Positions 41,417-53,867 of a stretch of 64,000 bases of DNA are shown piece by piece. The stretch is taken from the NCBI GenBank assembly GCA_963803435.1, contig CAWDML010000005.1, forward strand, positions 192,001 through 256,000, in the 5' to 3' direction. Made by a program: the position numbers and the translations under genes. The DNA comes from an uncultured delta proteobacterium (GTDB taxonomy: Bacteria > Myxococcota > Kuafuiibacteriia > Kuafuiibacteriales > Kuafuiibacteriaceae). Position 1 is the first letter of the stretch. Each line of letters starts with the position of its first letter. The notes beneath the pieces are model-generated. The model was not told the origin of the DNA. It worked only from the letters and a program-made list of their open reading frames with translations, and did no database searches.

Positions 41417-42796
41417 ATGCGCGCGGTGCTGATCGGCGTGCTGGTCCTCGGCGGCTGCGATACGTCTCGTCCCATGCGAGTCCGCCTCGACGCGGGCGTC
41501 TGCCCCGAGCTCCCGGTCGCGGACGACGCGCTCATCGACGTGCGCTGTGCGCCCAGCTTCTGCCCCGTGTCGCTCGAACACTCCGGCTGCGATCTGGTGA
41601 TCGAGAACGGCTGCGGGCTGCCGGCGTTGACGCTGCGGGGAGAGAGCGTGACCTCTCCGGGGTACGACGGTTGCTCGCTGGCGGGCTCGACGATCACCTG
41701 CGACGGCACGACCAGCTGCCAGCTCGACGTGCACGCGAGGCAGGAGGTGCCGGTCTGGAGCGTCGAGCAGGTGGCGGTCGTCGAAGACGTCCCGTTTCTC
41801 GCCGAGCGGACGAGCCTCGAGGAGCTGCTCGACGCCTTCGATCCCTTCATCGGCTACGCGACCTCTTCGGCGATCGTGGGCGAGCGGCTCGCGGTCGCCA
41901 CCGACGACGGGCGCCGGCGGCCGTTCCGGTGCCTCGAGACCGAGGCCTCGAGCGTGCGGTTCGTCGGCGAGGACCTCGCCATCGTCGCCACGGCGACCGC
42001 GCCGCCCTGTCTCTCGGCCCTGGCCTCGGAGGGGGACGGCTTCGTGGGCGCGTTCGAGCGCGACGGGCTTCGGCTCGGGCGCTTCGACGCCGGAGCGAGG
42101 CTCCGCGAGGACGTCCTCTTGACGGCGGATTGCGGAGCTGAGGCGGTCTTCGTGGTCGCCACCGTCGTCGACTCGGCCCGTGACCGGGCCGTCGCGCTGG
42201 CCAGCTCCTTCGCGCGCACGTTCGTGTACGTGGTCGATCTCGAGACGTTCACGGTGACCGCGACCAGCGCCGACCTCATGCCGATCCTGCGCGGTGCGAC
42301 CCTCCTCGACAGCGGGATGGTGGTGCTGGGCGATCGAGAGCGGACGCGCCTGGTCACGATCGATCCGGCGACGGCGGAGGTCGTCGACATCGATCCGATC
42401 GACTCGACGGCGCTGACGCGTCGCTCCGATGACGTCGGCTTCGTGTGGGCCTCGGGCGAGGACGTCCTGGTGAGCACGACCGGCGGGGCGGGCGCCGTCT
42501 GGAAGGTGCGGCCATCCCGAGGCCAGGTCGTCGACAACGCGCTGTTCTTCGAGGAGGCGGCGGCCGTGCCCTGGGCGATCGCGGGTTGGGGCGACGACAC
42601 GGTGGTGGGACTGGTGGGCGCTCCGCCCGCGTACGAGGCGCGCGTCGCTGCCTTCGACCTGACGCACGTCGGCTACCGCGTGCCGGCGTTGCCCGTGGGC
42701 CGGGGCGTGGTCTCGGAGCTCCACGTCTCGGCGTCGGGCACGCTGTGGGCGCTGCTCCCCTGGAGCGGTGAGGTCGCGCGGATCCGCCGCGAATGA
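41417..42796 (+). CDS. Lipoprotein with Cys-rich N-terminus and beta-propeller-like domain
   Basis: Lipobox LGGC; repeated beta blades. Confidence 0.65.
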   Translation: MRAVLIGVLVLGGCDTSRPMRVRLDAGVCPELPVADDALIDVRCAPSFCPVSLEHSGCDLVIENGCGLPALTLRGESVTSPGYDGCSLAGSTITCDGTTSCQLDVHARQEVPVWSVEQVAVVEDVPFLAERTSLEELLDAFDPFIGYATSSAIVGERLAVATDDGRRRPFRCLETEASSVRFVGEDLAIVATATAPPCLSALASEGDGFVGAFERDGLRLGRFDAGARLREDVLLTADCGAEAVFVVATVVDSARDRAVALASSFARTFVYVVDLETFTVTATSADLMPILRGATLLDSGMVVLGDRERTRLVTIDPATAEVVDIDPIDSTALTRRSDDVGFVWASGEDVLVSTTGGAGAVWKVRPSRGQVVDNALFFEEAAAVPWAIAGWGDDTVVGLVGAPPAYEARVAAFDLTHVGYRVPALPVGRGVVSELHVSASGTLWALLPWSGEVARIRRE

Positions 42797-42798
42797 CC

Positions 42799-43494
42799 TC
42801 AGTCCTCGAGCCAGATCCAGAGGAGCCCGGCGACCGTGGCGAGCGCTGCGGTGAGGAACAGGCCGTTGGCGGCGTACGCGAACGTCTGCGCGCGATCGGC
42901 GTACCGGTCGAACTGGTCGTCGTCGAGCAGCGGGTCCTGGCTGGCGTTGCGCGCGTTCCGGCTGCCGACGCCGAACGCGACAGCGACCGCGCCGACGACG
43001 AAGCCTGCGCCGAGGAGCACGTACGGGCCGATCGACCGGACCGGCACCACCGCCGCTGACGAGGTGGCCACGGCGCGCGGCTCGGGACCCGGCGGTGGGA
43101 CTTCGGGGAACAGCGACGCCGCGAGGCCTCGGAGCGGCTCGTCCCAGGTGGCCGGATTGGACGGCACGTCGGCGGTGACCTCGATCGGCGCACCTTGATC
43201 GGAGGGGAAGAGCAGCGCGATCACGCGGACCGTGGTCACGGCCTCGACCAGCTGGACGAGGACGACGCCGATGTTGCCCTCGACGCGCCGCACGCCCTCG
43301 ACGCATTCGCGCGTCGAGGTACAGCTGGACCAGACCGGATCATCGAGGAGGACGCGATCGTGGGTGCGCCGGCGGATCGCCTCGGCCAGCCGCTCCGAGA
43401 CCTCGAGCGCGTCTTGCGGCGCGACGTCGACGGTGCGCTCCAGCCTGACCGCGACGGCTCCGATCGTGAGCACGCCGAGCACCGGAGCGAGCAC
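42799..43494 (-). CDS. Membrane protein with myxobacterial PEGA-associated-type C-terminal hydrophobic hairpin
   Basis: CTSTRECV; PYVLLGAG...AYAANGLFLTAAL. Confidence 0.65.
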   Translation of the reverse strand: MLAPVLGVLTIGAVAVRLERTVDVAPQDALEVSERLAEAIRRRTHDRVLLDDPVWSSCTSTRECVEGVRRVEGNIGVVLVQLVEAVTTVRVIALLFPSDQGAPIEVTADVPSNPATWDEPLRGLAASLFPEVPPPGPEPRAVATSSAAVVPVRSIGPYVLLGAGFVVGAVAVAFGVGSRNARNASQDPLLDDDQFDRYADRAQTFAYAANGLFLTAALATVAGLLWIWLED

Positions 43495-43544
43495 GCCGCG
43501 AGGCTACCATACCGGGGAGACCGAAGCCCTGTTAGGCTTCGAGG

Positions 43545-44873
43545 GTGACCGAAGGCTCGACCGTACCGCATCGGGTCCCGACGTTGCCGGTGCGCCGACT
43601 CGCGGTGGAGGTGCTCGAGGGGCCCGACCGAGGGAAGCGGCTCGTCGCGGAGGTCGACACGATCACGATCGGCACCGCTGCGGGCAACGATCTCGTGCTC
43701 ACCGACGAGACGGTGTCCGGCTATCACGTGGAGCTGGTGTGCGAGCGGGATCGGATCCTGGTCCGCGATCACGGATCGACGAACGGAACCTTCTTCGGCG
43801 CGGTCCAGCTCGAGCAAGCGCGCGTTCCGCCGGGCGCGAAGCTGTCGGTGGGGAAGACCTCGATCCGCGTCGACGATGCCGGGACGGTAGACTGCGAGAT
43901 CCTCGAAGGGGATCGGCTCGGCCGCGTGCTGGGGCGCTCGCCTGCGATGCGGCGCCTCCTGGCCCGTCTCGTGCGCATGTCGAAGACCGACACCTCGGTG
44001 CTGGTCCTCGGAGAGACCGGCACTGGCAAGGAGGTGCTCGCACACGCGATCCACGACGCGAGCCGTCGCAGTCCGCGTCCCTTCGAGACCGTCGACTGTG
44101 GATCACTGCTCCCCACGCTGACGGCCTCCGAGCTGTTCGGTCACGAGCGTGGCGCGTTCACCGGCGCCGAGCAGCAGCACATCGGCGCCTTCGAGCGCGC
44201 CGACGGAGGCACCGTGTTCCTCGACGAGATCGGCGAGCTGCCGCGCGGCGCTCCAGGCCACGCTGCTGGGCGTGCTCGAGCGCCGCACGTTCAAGCGCCT
44301 GGGCGGCAAGACGCCGATCTCGGTCGACGTTCGGGTGATCTGCGCGACCAACCGAGACCTCCGCTCGGAGGTGAACCAAGGGACGTTCCGCGCCGACCTC
44401 TACTATCGGATCGCGGTCCTCTTGCTCCACGTTCCGCCGCTGCGCGAGCGGACCGAGGACATCCCGCTGCTCGTCGAGCACTTCCTGCGCGAGGAGGGCT
44501 GCGCGGGCGACGTCGGCGACGTCGTCTCTCCGAGCGTGATGAGCATGCTGGTGCAGCATCGCTGGCCGGGGAACGTCCGTGAGCTCAGGAACTTCGTCGA
44601 GGCTGCGTATGCGCTGGGCGAGCCGCCTCCCATCGACGTCGACCAGGAAGGCGGCGCCGAGCCCCGTCGGTGCGGCTCGAGCTCGGCGCGCTCGAGCGGC
44701 GCGCGCCCTACAAGGAGACGCGCGACCGGGTGCTGCGCGAGTTCGAGCGGATCTACCTGGGCGATCTGTTCGAGCACACCGGAGGCAACGTCGCGCTGGC
44801 GTCACGCGAGGCGAAGATGGATCGCAACTACCTCACCCAGCTTCTCGATCGCCACGGCCTGCGGAAGCGCTGA
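43545..44873 (+). CDS. FHA-domain sigma54-dependent enhancer-binding protein; apparent frameshifts at ~44245 and ~44665
   Basis: FHA (IGT, VSGYH, STNGT); GETGTGKE, ELFGH..GAFTGA, LDEIGE; FRADLYYR, WPGNVREL; Fis HTH in ORF 44670-44873. Confidence 0.88.
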
Positions 44874-44891
44874 GCGGTCGTCCTCGGATCG

Positions 44892-47223
44892 ATGGAGACC
44901 TCGACACGCTATCGGCTGACGCGGCTGATCCGGCGGGGCGCCGTCACCGAGCTCTTCGAAGGAACGGTCCAGGGCGAGCACGGCTTCGTGCGCCGGGTGG
45001 CGATCAAGCGGCTCTTGTACGAGCACGCCGCCGACCCGGACACGTATCAGCGCTTCATCGAGGAGGCGCGCCTGGCCAGCAACCTCGCCCACGGCAACAT
45101 CGTCCCGGTGATCGACTTCGGCGTCCTCGACGGGCTGCCGTTTCAGGTGCTCGAGCTCGTCGACGGCGTCGACCTTCTGACCGTCGGACCTACGCTGCCG
45201 GTAGACCTCGCCATCTACGTGGTCTCGGAGGTGGCGCAGGGGCTCGACTACGCGCATCGGGCCACCGACCTCGCGGGCGCGCCGCTTCACCTGGTGCACC
45301 GGGACGTCAGCCCGGACAACATCCTGATCGCATGGTCGGGCGAGGTGAAGCTCACCGACTTCGGCATCGCCGTCTTCGATCGACGCAGGGTGGCCACGCA
45401 GCCGGGCATCGCGCTGGGAAAGCTCGCGTACATGGCGCCCGAGCAGTTTCGCGGTGAGCGCGTCGACCCGCGGGCAGACGTGTTCTCGCTCGGGTGCGTA
45501 CTGTTCGAGCTGCTGGCGAAGCGGAGCCCGCTGGCGGACGAGTCCGCGCGACGGGATCTATTGACCGGGCGGCCGCTGCCCCTCCCGGAGGCGGTCGCGC
45601 CGGTGCGCCACCTCCTCGAGCGCGCGCTCGCGCCCGGCCCCGACGCGCGGTATCCGGACGCCGGGGCCTTCGCCGAAGCGCTGGCCGAGGCCCAGGGAAG
45701 GACCAGCGCCAGGAACCGCCTGCGGGAGCGGCTGGAGTCGTTCCGTACGGTGGCCGAGGCTGCGCCCCGCCGTCCCCTCTCGGAGATGATGCGCGTCGAT
45801 CTGGTGCTCGACACGAGCAGCGACGACGCCGAGGTCCGCCGCTTCTCGATCGAGGACAGCACGGCGCCCGGCTCCGAGGCGCCGACGGTGGATGCGCTGG
45901 TCGGCGCGCGGCTGTCCGAGTATCGCCTGGTCGAGCGCATCGGCAGGGGTGGGTTCGGGAGCGTGTACCGGGCCGAGCACGCCGTCACCGGTCAGACCTT
46001 CGCCATCAAGCTCCTTCACGCCATGCGGATGGCCACGCCCGAGGAGCGCTTGAGACGGGAGGGCGAGGCGCTTCAGAACGTTCGACACCCGAACCTGGTC
46101 GAGGTCTTCGACCTGGGCGTGACGGACGACGGCCGGCCGTACATCGTGATGGAGCTTTTGCAGGGCGCTCCGCTCGGCTCACTGATCGCGAACGGGCCGC
46201 TCGCATGGGAGCGCGCCGCGGCGATCGTGCGGCAGCTGGCGGCGGCGCTCGGGGCGGTGCACGACCGCGGCTGGGTCCACCGCGATCTCAAGCCCAGCAA
46301 CGTCATGGTGATCGAGCACGGAGGTACGACGAACGTGAAGCTGCTCGACTTCAGCTTGACCCGCCTCGTCGATCCCGCCGCCGACCGGACGCGCCTCACC
46401 GCGCCGGACGGCCTCTTGGGGACGCCGCGCTTCATGGCGCCGGAGCAGGCGGAGAATCCGCACGACGTCGACGCACGGGCCGACCTCTACGCGCTCGGTC
46501 TCCTCCTGGTGTGGTTGGTCTCCGGTCCGGAGAGCCTGGCGGGCTCGCCCCTCGAGGTGTTGCGGCGGCGTTTGAGGGAGCCACCGCCGGATCCTCCGGA
46601 GGCGGGCGAGCTGCGTCCGTTGCTCGCGCGTCTGTTCGCCCGCGATCCGAGCGCGCGGCCTGCGAGCGCCCGCGAGGTGGTGGCTTTCATCGATGCCCTG
46701 AGCCTGGGTGCGGCGCGGCCGGCGGTCTCGGGCGGACGCACGCGCTGGCGGGCCGGCGGTCTGCTGGCGGCGGCGCTCCTGGCCGGGGGTGCGCTGTGGC
46801 TGCAGCGGCGTCACGGTCTGCCGAGGTCCCCGATCTCCGCGAGCGTGGAGCCCCCGCCTGCCGTGCGCGTGACGCCGCGCGTGGAGCCGCGCGCCGAGGT
46901 GCCCGCAAACGTGCCGGTCCCGCCGCCCCCACCGCCTCCCGAGCCGCCGCGGAAGGCAGCAGCGCCGCCGCCTCCGCCGCTGCGCGTGAAGCCGATCGAT
47001 GCGGCCGCGCTCGAGGCGACGTTGCGGTCGATCCGCGCGGCGCTGGTGGAGGTGAGGGCCCGCCTCGACGCGGACACCTTCGCGACACTCGAGCGACGGT
47101 ATCTCGACCTTCGCACGGCGGCCGCGAAGGGCCCCGAATCGTGAGACGACCGCCCGGCTCGCCGAGGATGCCCGCCGGTTGGAGGAGGACGTTCGCCGTC
47201 GCGGGAGCGCCCCGCAGCGGTGA
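44892..47223 (+). CDS. Ser/Thr protein kinase with two tandem kinase domains; apparent 1-bp insertion at ~47137
   Basis: HRDVSPDN/DFG and HRDLKPSN/DFS; annotated ORF ends 47144, GAATC>GATC extends a helical tail to TGA 47221-47223. Confidence 0.88.
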
Positions 47224-47226
47224 GCC

Positions 47227-47729
47227 CTACGGCGCGGTCTTGGCGGCGGCGGCGATCCTGCTGGGGTCGTCGGCGGGGTTGAGGTAGTGCAGGTCGAACG
47301 GGCCGTTCCCGTGCACCTCGATGACGGTCTCACCCCTGGACATCGCCGAGTGGTGCATCTTCCCCGGCAGGAAGTGATAGGCGCCGGCCTCCATCGCGTG
47401 CTGGTTCGCGCCGGCCTGGTCGCCCATGGACAGGAGAAAGGTCCCGCTGATCACCGTGAGCTCCTCGTCTTTGCTGTGCCAGTGCGGAGCGATCCGATAG
47501 CCGTCGGGCATCTTGAACCGCAGCGCAAACGAGCCCGGCTTGCCGGGATCGCCGTGCAGCACGGCCAGCTGGGCCCCCGCGGAAAGACCGGTGGCGGCGG
47601 CCCGTACTTCATGTCCGCGGCGGCGATGGTGATCGCCTCCGCCTTGGCGGGTCGAGTCTTCTCCTCGCCGCGGGCGACCCCGGCCAGACCGAGGAGGCAA
47701 GCGGCTGCGACGAGCATGTTCTTTCTCAT
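47227..47729 (-). CDS. Exported cupin-domain protein; frameshift at ~47578
   Basis: Signal peptide MRKNMLVAAACLLGLAGVARG; GDPGKPG, PHWH..DE..TVISG, H...HG.GPF. Confidence 0.75.
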
Positions 47730-47746
47730 GCACCGAGCGTCGCGCC

Positions 47747-47783
47747 CGAGCGTCGAAGCGACCGTTGGAGCCAGCGTTGAAAC
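47747..47783 (-). promoter_or_regulatory. Three direct repeats with 12-bp period (TTCAACG/TCCAACG/TTCGACG), putative activator site
   Basis: 17 bp upstream of the cupin ATG; similar array at 50873-50909. Confidence 0.6.
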
Positions 47784-47834
47784 GGCACCCCGGCCCCCAA
47801 CACCCGCTTGCGCGGACGCGCGCGGCCCCGGACG

Positions 47835-50800
47835 ATGGCCCATTCCCGCGCGTCTTCAGGTTCGAGTGCTCGGCGAGCTCGAGGTCATCCTCGACGGCGA
47901 GCCGCTGGCGCTCCCGGCCTCGCGGAAGACGCGCGCGCTGCTGGCGTACCTCGCGATCTCCCGGCGCGAATATCAGCGAGCCCGGCTGTGCGAGATCTTC
48001 TGGGAGGTGCCCGACGATCCGCGCGCGGCCCTGCGCTGGAGCTTGAACAAGCTCCGACCGCTGACCAACGCCGGCGATCGGATTCGCTTGCTCGCCGATC
48101 GGGAGCACGTCGTGCTCGAGCTTCGCGCCGGGGGAGCTCGACCTCGATCTCGTCCGTGCCGGCGTCGGACCCGGCGTCGATCGCACGCCCACCGAACAGC
48201 TCGTCGAAGCGGCCGAGGCCTTTCGCGGCGAGCTCCTCGAGGGTCTCGACCTGCCCGACTGTCCGCTCTACTGGGAGTGGTGCAAGGGCGAGCGTGAGTC
48301 GATCCGCCACCTGCACGCGCAGATCCTGTCGGCTCTGATCGCGCGCACCGAACACGATCCGGAGCAGTGTCTTCGTCACGCGCGCCGTCGCGTCGTCGTC
48401 GATCCGTACGCAGAAGAGGCGCACGTGGTGCTCATTCGACTGCTCAGCCGTTTGGGACGGACCAAGGAGGCGCTCGCGCAGTACGAGGACTGCCGTCGTT
48501 TCCTCGAGCGGGAGCTTCGGGTCCAGCCCTCCCGCGCCCTCCAGCGGCTGGAGCGGGAGATCAGCGCGCCGGCAGAACCTCGCGCGGTGAAGGTCGTCGA
48601 GGCGGCCGCGACGCCGCGGCCGATCGCGCCCATCTCGGTGGGCCGGCGCAGCGAGCGCCTGCGGATTGGGCGCCTTTTGGACGGGAGCGCCCGCGGAGGA
48701 CGGGCGGCTGTGCTCCTTGTCGAAGGCGAGCCGGGGATCGGCAAGACTCGTCTCCTCGGCGACCTGAGCGAGGTCGTGCGGGAAGCGGGCGGTCAGGCGC
48801 TGGCGAGCCGCGCGTTCGAGGCCGAGATGGTCCGCCCCTATGGGGTCTGGATCGACGCGCTTCGCGGCGACCCGGAGCTGGCCGCGCTCGCGCCGGAGCT
48901 GTCGACGACGCCGGCCATGACGATCGTCAGCCAGACGCAGGTGTTCGAGGCGGTCAAACGTGCGATCGCGAGCCTGCTGGTCGACGGGGTCGCGTCGGCG
49001 GTCGTCGTCGACGACCTGCAATGGATCGACGAGCCTTCGGCGGCACTTCTTCATTACACCATCCGCGCCCTGGAGGCGTCCCCGCTCCTGTTCGCGCTGG
49101 CGGCCCGAAGCGGTGAGATCGAGGACAATCCCAGCGCGACGCGTCTGCTCCGAGCGCTGCGGAGCGAGGGACGGCTCGAGCTCATCGAGCTCGGTCCGCT
49201 CGACGACGGTGAGATCCTCTCGCTCGTCCGTTCCATGTCCGCCCGGACCGACGCGGAGGCCGTGGTCGCCGAGAGCCGAGGCAATCCGCTGGTGGCGATC
49301 GAGCTGGCGACGCGCCCGTCGGATCCGGGCGCGCACGCCTCGGGTCGACTCGAGCACCTGATGCTCGCGCGTCTCGACCGACTGCCGGGTTCCGCGCGCG
49401 ACGTGGGCCTGTGGGCTTCCGCGTGCGGTCGTCCGTTCACCCCGGAGCTGCTCTCGAAGGCGATCGGTGTCTCTCCCGGCGAGACCGTTTCCGCGGTGGC
49501 GGAGCTGGAACGACGCGGGATCATCCGCCCGTCGACCGCCGTGCCGTTCGAGTACGACTTCGCGCACGACGTGCTTCGCCGGTGCGCGTACCGGCAGCTC
49601 TCGCCGCCACGCCGGAGAATGGTCCACCTCCACCTCGCGCACGCGCTCGATGCGACCTCGGGCGCGGGCGACTCGCTGGCCTCCCGAGATCGCTCATCAC
49701 GCCGCGCTCGGAGGGGACGCCTCGCTGGCGGCGCGCTCGTATCTCGCCGCCGGCGCGCGTTGCTTGAGGCTCTTCGCACGCGCCGAGGCGGCACGCATCG
49801 CCCATCGCGGGCTCGAGCTGCTCCACGCGGCGCCGGAGGCGGAACGCCTCGCGCTCCACATCGGGCTGTTGAGGTTGATCGCGCTCTCGGGCGTCGAGGT
49901 TCCCAGGCAGCAGGAGCTCGACCAGGAGCTGTCGGCGCTCGCCGACGAGGCCAAGCGAGCCGGCCACGACAAGGAGGCTGCCGACGCGCTCTGGCTCAAG
50001 ACGCTGCTTCACCACGATCGAGGGAACTTCGATGGCGCCGGCGCGGCCGCGCTCGAGGTGGCGGCCACGGCCAGCGGGACCAAGGATCCATCCGAGCGCG
50101 CGCGGGCGCTCGCGAATGCAGGTCGCTGCCTGGCGCAGATCGAGCGAGACATGGGACGGGCGTGGGCGCTCCTCGACGAGGCCTCCGGCATCGCCGACGG
50201 TGCGCAGATCCAGGTGGCCGAGATCGATTGGGGGATGGGCATCGTCCGCCACTACCTCGGCGATCTGGAGGACGCCACCGCTCGCCTCACACGGGCGCTC
50301 CAGCACGCTCACCGCGTCGAGGATCACTGGGCAGAGTGCGAGTGTCTGTCGCGTCTCGCGATCATCGAGCTCGAGCGCCGGCACGCCGACCGCGCGCTCG
50401 AGCGATGCGCCGACCTGTCGCGGGTCGCCTCGAAGATGGGTGAAGGGAGCGAGGGCGTCGCGGCCCAGGCCCTGGAAGCGCTGGCACGTCTGCTCGCGAA
50501 CGACCCCGAAGCCCAACAGCGGATCGAGGAGGCGCTGCCGCTCCTCCGGATCGTGGACGCGAAGGGCATGCTGGCCTACGTCTTGACGTCGGCCGGGCTG
50601 ATCGATCTCGAGCAGGACCGTGTGCTCCTCGCCCGCGAACGCGCGCGGGAAGCGCTCCGCGCCGCGGAGATCGCGCACCGCTCCAGCCTGATCGGGGTCG
50701 CGCACGCCGTCCTGGCACGAGGCGCGCTCCTCGAGGGCGCCGGTGAGGCGGCCCTGGCGCACCTCCGCCAAGCTCAGCGAATCGCGGCAGCGCCGCTCGG

Positions 50801-50858
50801 TGTCAGCGCCTACGCGCGTGCCGTCATCACCGAGATCGAGAGAGGGTTCGAGCCGTGA
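47835..50858 (+). CDS. SARP/BTAD-type transcriptional regulator with AAA ATPase and TPR domains; apparent frameshifts at ~47840, ~48130, ~49685
   Basis: wHTH LGELEV..RKTRALLAYL..W...LRWSL; BTAD; Walker A GEPGIGKT; VDDLQWID; GNPL; FAHD. Confidence 0.8.
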
Positions 50859-50872
50859 TCGGCGCGCGGCCC

Positions 50873-50909
50873 GTTTCGACGAGCGGTACCACGCTGGCTA
50901 CGACGCTCG
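50873..50909 (+). promoter_or_regulatory. Three direct repeats with 12-bp period (TTCGACG/TACCACG/TACGACG), putative activator site
   Basis: Upstream of the 50954 gene; aligns with 47747-47783. Confidence 0.6.
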
Positions 50910-50953
50910 CACGCTACGCTCGTCCCGTGACCCTTCGAGGTCAGGAGGAATCC

Positions 50954-51206
50954 ATGTCGCATGTCGTCGTCGAGTATCTGTACGATCCGCCCCTCAGCGA
51001 GGATGAGTTCGCCCGCAACGGACAAAAGCTTGGCCCCTGCCTGGAGGCGCACCGCGTCACGTGGGTCGCGACCTATCTTTCGAATGACCGGAAGCGACGC
51101 GTCTGCATCTTCGAGGCGCCCGACGCCGAAGCGGTTCGATTCGGCGTTCCACTCCGCCGGCGTGAAGTTCGAGCGGGCGTGGGCATCGACGCGCTTCGGC
51201 CCCTGA
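50954..51206 (+). CDS. DUF4242/SCO4226-like small protein; apparent 1-bp insertion at ~51140
   Basis: AGGAGG RBS; V.W..TY.S.D....CIFEAPDAEAVR. Confidence 0.75.
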
Positions 51207-51220
51207 GCGCCCACCTCGTC

Positions 51221-53404
51221 TCAGGTCAGCGACAGCGGAAGCTCCCGGAGCCGGCGGCCCGAGGCCGCGAAGACCGCGTTGGCGACGGCCGGCGCGATCA
51301 CCGGAACACCCGGTTCCCCGACGCCCGTCGGCGCCGCCTCGCTCGGGATGACGAGCGTTTCGATCCGCGGCGTCTCGAACATGCGGAGTACCTGATAGTC
51401 GTGAAAGTTGGATTGCACGACCCTGCCCCCGTCGAGCGTGATCTTGCTCTTGAGCGCCGCCGAGAGGCCGAAGACGGCGGCGCTCTCCAGCTGCATGTGG
51501 ACGATGTCGGGGTTCACGACCTCGCCGCAGTCGATGCCGATAACGATCCGTCTGGGGAGGATCCGATCACCGTCGACCGAGACCTCGGCGACCGCGGCCG
51601 CATAGCTCTGGTAGGACTTGTTGCAGGCGACGCCGCGAAATACCTCTGGCGCCAGCGGTGAAGCCGAGGCTCTCCCCACCACCGCCTCGAGCACCGCGCG
51701 AAGGCGCGGCGAGCCTTGGAGCAGTCGCGTGCGGAACTCGACGGGGTCGCGGCCGGCGGCCTCGGCGAGCTCGTCGATGAACGTATCCATCACGAACGCG
51801 TTGATCGAGTGACCGACGGAGCGCCACGAGCCGATCGGTACCTCCACGTGCTGGCGGTAGTACTCCACGCGAAAGTCCGGGATTGCGTACTCGGTGTCTG
51901 CGCTTCCCTCGACGGACGTCGGATCGACGTACTTTCCGAAGATCCCGTTGGCCAGCGCGACGATCGAGGACATTCCGGGGAGCAGCGCGTCGGCGACCTC
52001 CGGAGCGAGGTACTCGTAGACGGACTGACACGCGACCTTGTGGATGATCCCCACCAGCTCACCCGATGCGTCCACCGCGCCCTCGATCTCGTGGTACGCA
52101 GCGGGGCGGAAGTTTCCGGAGCGGATGTCGTCCTCGCGGGACCAGATCAGCTTGATCGGCTTGCCGGTCGCCTTCGCGACCGTCACCGCTTCGGCCACGA
52201 AGTCCGAGCGGATGCGCCGCCCGAACCCGCCGCCGAGAAGCGTGCTGTTGACCGTCACGCGGCTGAGCGGGAGCTCGGCGATCTCGGCGGCGATCTTGCG
52301 CGCGATGCCGGGCACCTGAGAGCCGACCCAGACCTCGCATCGGCCGCCAGCGATCCGCACGGTGCAGTTCATCGGCTCCATCGGCGCGTGCGCCAGAAAC
52401 GGCATCGCATAGATCCCGGACCGGCGCTCGGCGGCCGCTGCCAGCTTCGCGGGCAGGTCGCCGCTCGAGCGGTGGGCGATCAAGCCGCCGCCGCTCGCCA
52501 GGTCGGTGCGGTACCGATCCCGGAGATCGCTGGAGGACACGCCCGCCATCGGGCCGTCGTCCCAGACCACCGACAGCGCGCGCGCTCCGTTCTGTGCCTC
52601 CCAGTAGCTGGTCGCCACCACCGCGACGCCGTGGCCGATGTTCACCACGTCCTCCACGCCGGGCGTCGCTCTCGCCGCGGTGTCGTCGAAGGAGCGTACG
52701 GTTCCGCCCACGACCGGGCTGCGAACCACCACCGCGATGCGGAGATCGGGGAGCTTCACGTCCATGCCGAAGACCGCCGTGCCGAACACCTTGGGCGCGG
52801 CGTCGAGACGATCGGCCGGCTTACCGATCCACTTGTACCGAGACGGCGGCTTGAGCGACGGCGGCAGGAGGATGAAGATCCGCGACGCCGCCTCGGCGAG
52901 CTCCTGGTACGTGGCGCTCCGGCCGTCCGTGTGGAGGATGCGCCCGTCGTCGGCCGTGACGTCGGCGAGCCCCGCGCGCCACCGGTTGGCGGCCGCGCGC
53001 CTCAGCTGCTCACGCGCGATCGCGCCGGCTCGGCGAAGCGGCAGCGAGTAGCGCCGCATGGTCTCGCTCCCGCCCGTGATCTGGACCGGAAGCCCGGGCG
53101 AGTGGAACTGCAGCTCACCCGGCGCCAGCTCCAGGTCGACCTTGCGCGGATCCAGATCGAGCTCCTCACACATCAGCGTGGCGAGGCCCGTCATCACGCC
53201 CTGGCCCATCTCGGCGGCGGCCACCGTGAAGACGATCCGATCGGAGGTGATCGTGAGCCAGACGTTCGGGTTGGAGAGCTGCGCCTCGCTCTCCGTCGCG
53301 GTGGGATCGCCGTCGGAGCAGGAGCTCACGAAGAGCTGGAAGAGGACGCCCCCACCCGCCGCGGCGCTCGTCCGCAGGAAGGCTCGCCGATCGAGCTCGA
53401 TCAT
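51221..53404 (-). CDS. iorB: Xanthine-dehydrogenase-family molybdopterin-binding subunit (isoquinoline 1-oxidoreductase beta-like), Tat-exported
   Basis: DRRAFL Tat motif, EMGQG, TGGS, HAPMEP, GGGFGRR, WRSVG, GVGEP. Confidence 0.9.
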   Translation of the reverse strand: MIELDRRAFLRTSAAAGGGVLFQLFVSSCSDGDPTATESEAQLSNPNVWLTITSDRIVFTVAAAEMGQGVMTGLATLMCEELDLDPRKVDLELAPGELQFHSPGLPVQITGGSETMRRYSLPLRRAGAIAREQLRRAAANRWRAGLADVTADDGRILHTDGRSATYQELAEAASRIFILLPPSLKPPSRYKWIGKPADRLDAAPKVFGTAVFGMDVKLPDLRIAVVVRSPVVGGTVRSFDDTAARATPGVEDVVNIGHGVAVVATSYWEAQNGARALSVVWDDGPMAGVSSSDLRDRYRTDLASGGGLIAHRSSGDLPAKLAAAAERRSGIYAMPFLAHAPMEPMNCTVRIAGGRCEVWVGSQVPGIARKIAAEIAELPLSRVTVNSTLLGGGFGRRIRSDFVAEAVTVAKATGKPIKLIWSREDDIRSGNFRPAAYHEIEGAVDASGELVGIIHKVACQSVYEYLAPEVADALLPGMSSIVALANGIFGKYVDPTSVEGSADTEYAIPDFRVEYYRQHVEVPIGSWRSVGHSINAFVMDTFIDELAEAAGRDPVEFRTRLLQGSPRLRAVLEAVVGRASASPLAPEVFRGVACNKSYQSYAAAVAEVSVDGDRILPRRIVIGIDCGEVVNPDIVHMQLESAAVFGLSAALKSKITLDGGRVVQSNFHDYQVLRMFETPRIETLVIPSEAAPTGVGEPGVPVIAPAVANAVFAASGRRLRELPLSLT

Positions 53405-53853
53405 GGCTCACCTGCCGCTCGGTGAATCGCGGAGCGGATGCGCTGATAGGTGCCGCACCGACAGATGTTGCCGCTCATCGCCACGTCGATCTCCTCGTCC
53501 GTGGGGGCCGCACGCTTCGCGAGCAACGCGCAGGCGCTCATGATCTGTCCGGCCTGACAGTACCCGCACTGGGGCACGTTCTCCGCGAGCCACGCCGACT
53601 GAACAAGATGGGGGGCCTCCGGTGTGCCGATCCCCTCGATGGTGGTGACCGATCGGCCCTCGACCGCGCGCATCGGCACGACGCAGCTGCGCATCGCGGT
53701 ACCGTCGAGGTGGACGGTGCAGGCTCCGCACCGCGCGATGCCGCATCCGAACTTCGTCCCGGTGAGCCCGAGGATGTCCCGGAGCACCCATAACAGCGGC
53801 ATGTCCGGCGAGGCGTCGACGTCCCTCACGACTCCGTTGACAGTGACGAGCAT
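53401..53853 (-). CDS. iorA: 2x[2Fe-2S] subunit (isoquinoline 1-oxidoreductase alpha-like)
   Basis: [32 protein letters not shown]; GGAGG RBS. Confidence 0.92.
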   Translation of the reverse strand: MLVTVNGVVRDVDASPDMPLLWVLRDILGLTGTKFGCGIARCGACTVHLDGTAMRSCVVPMRAVEGRSVTTIEGIGTPEAPHLVQSAWLAENVPQCGYCQAGQIMSACALLAKRAAPTDEEIDVAMSGNICRCGTYQRIRSAIHRAAGEP

Positions 53854-53867
53854 GGCTTCCTCCTTCT

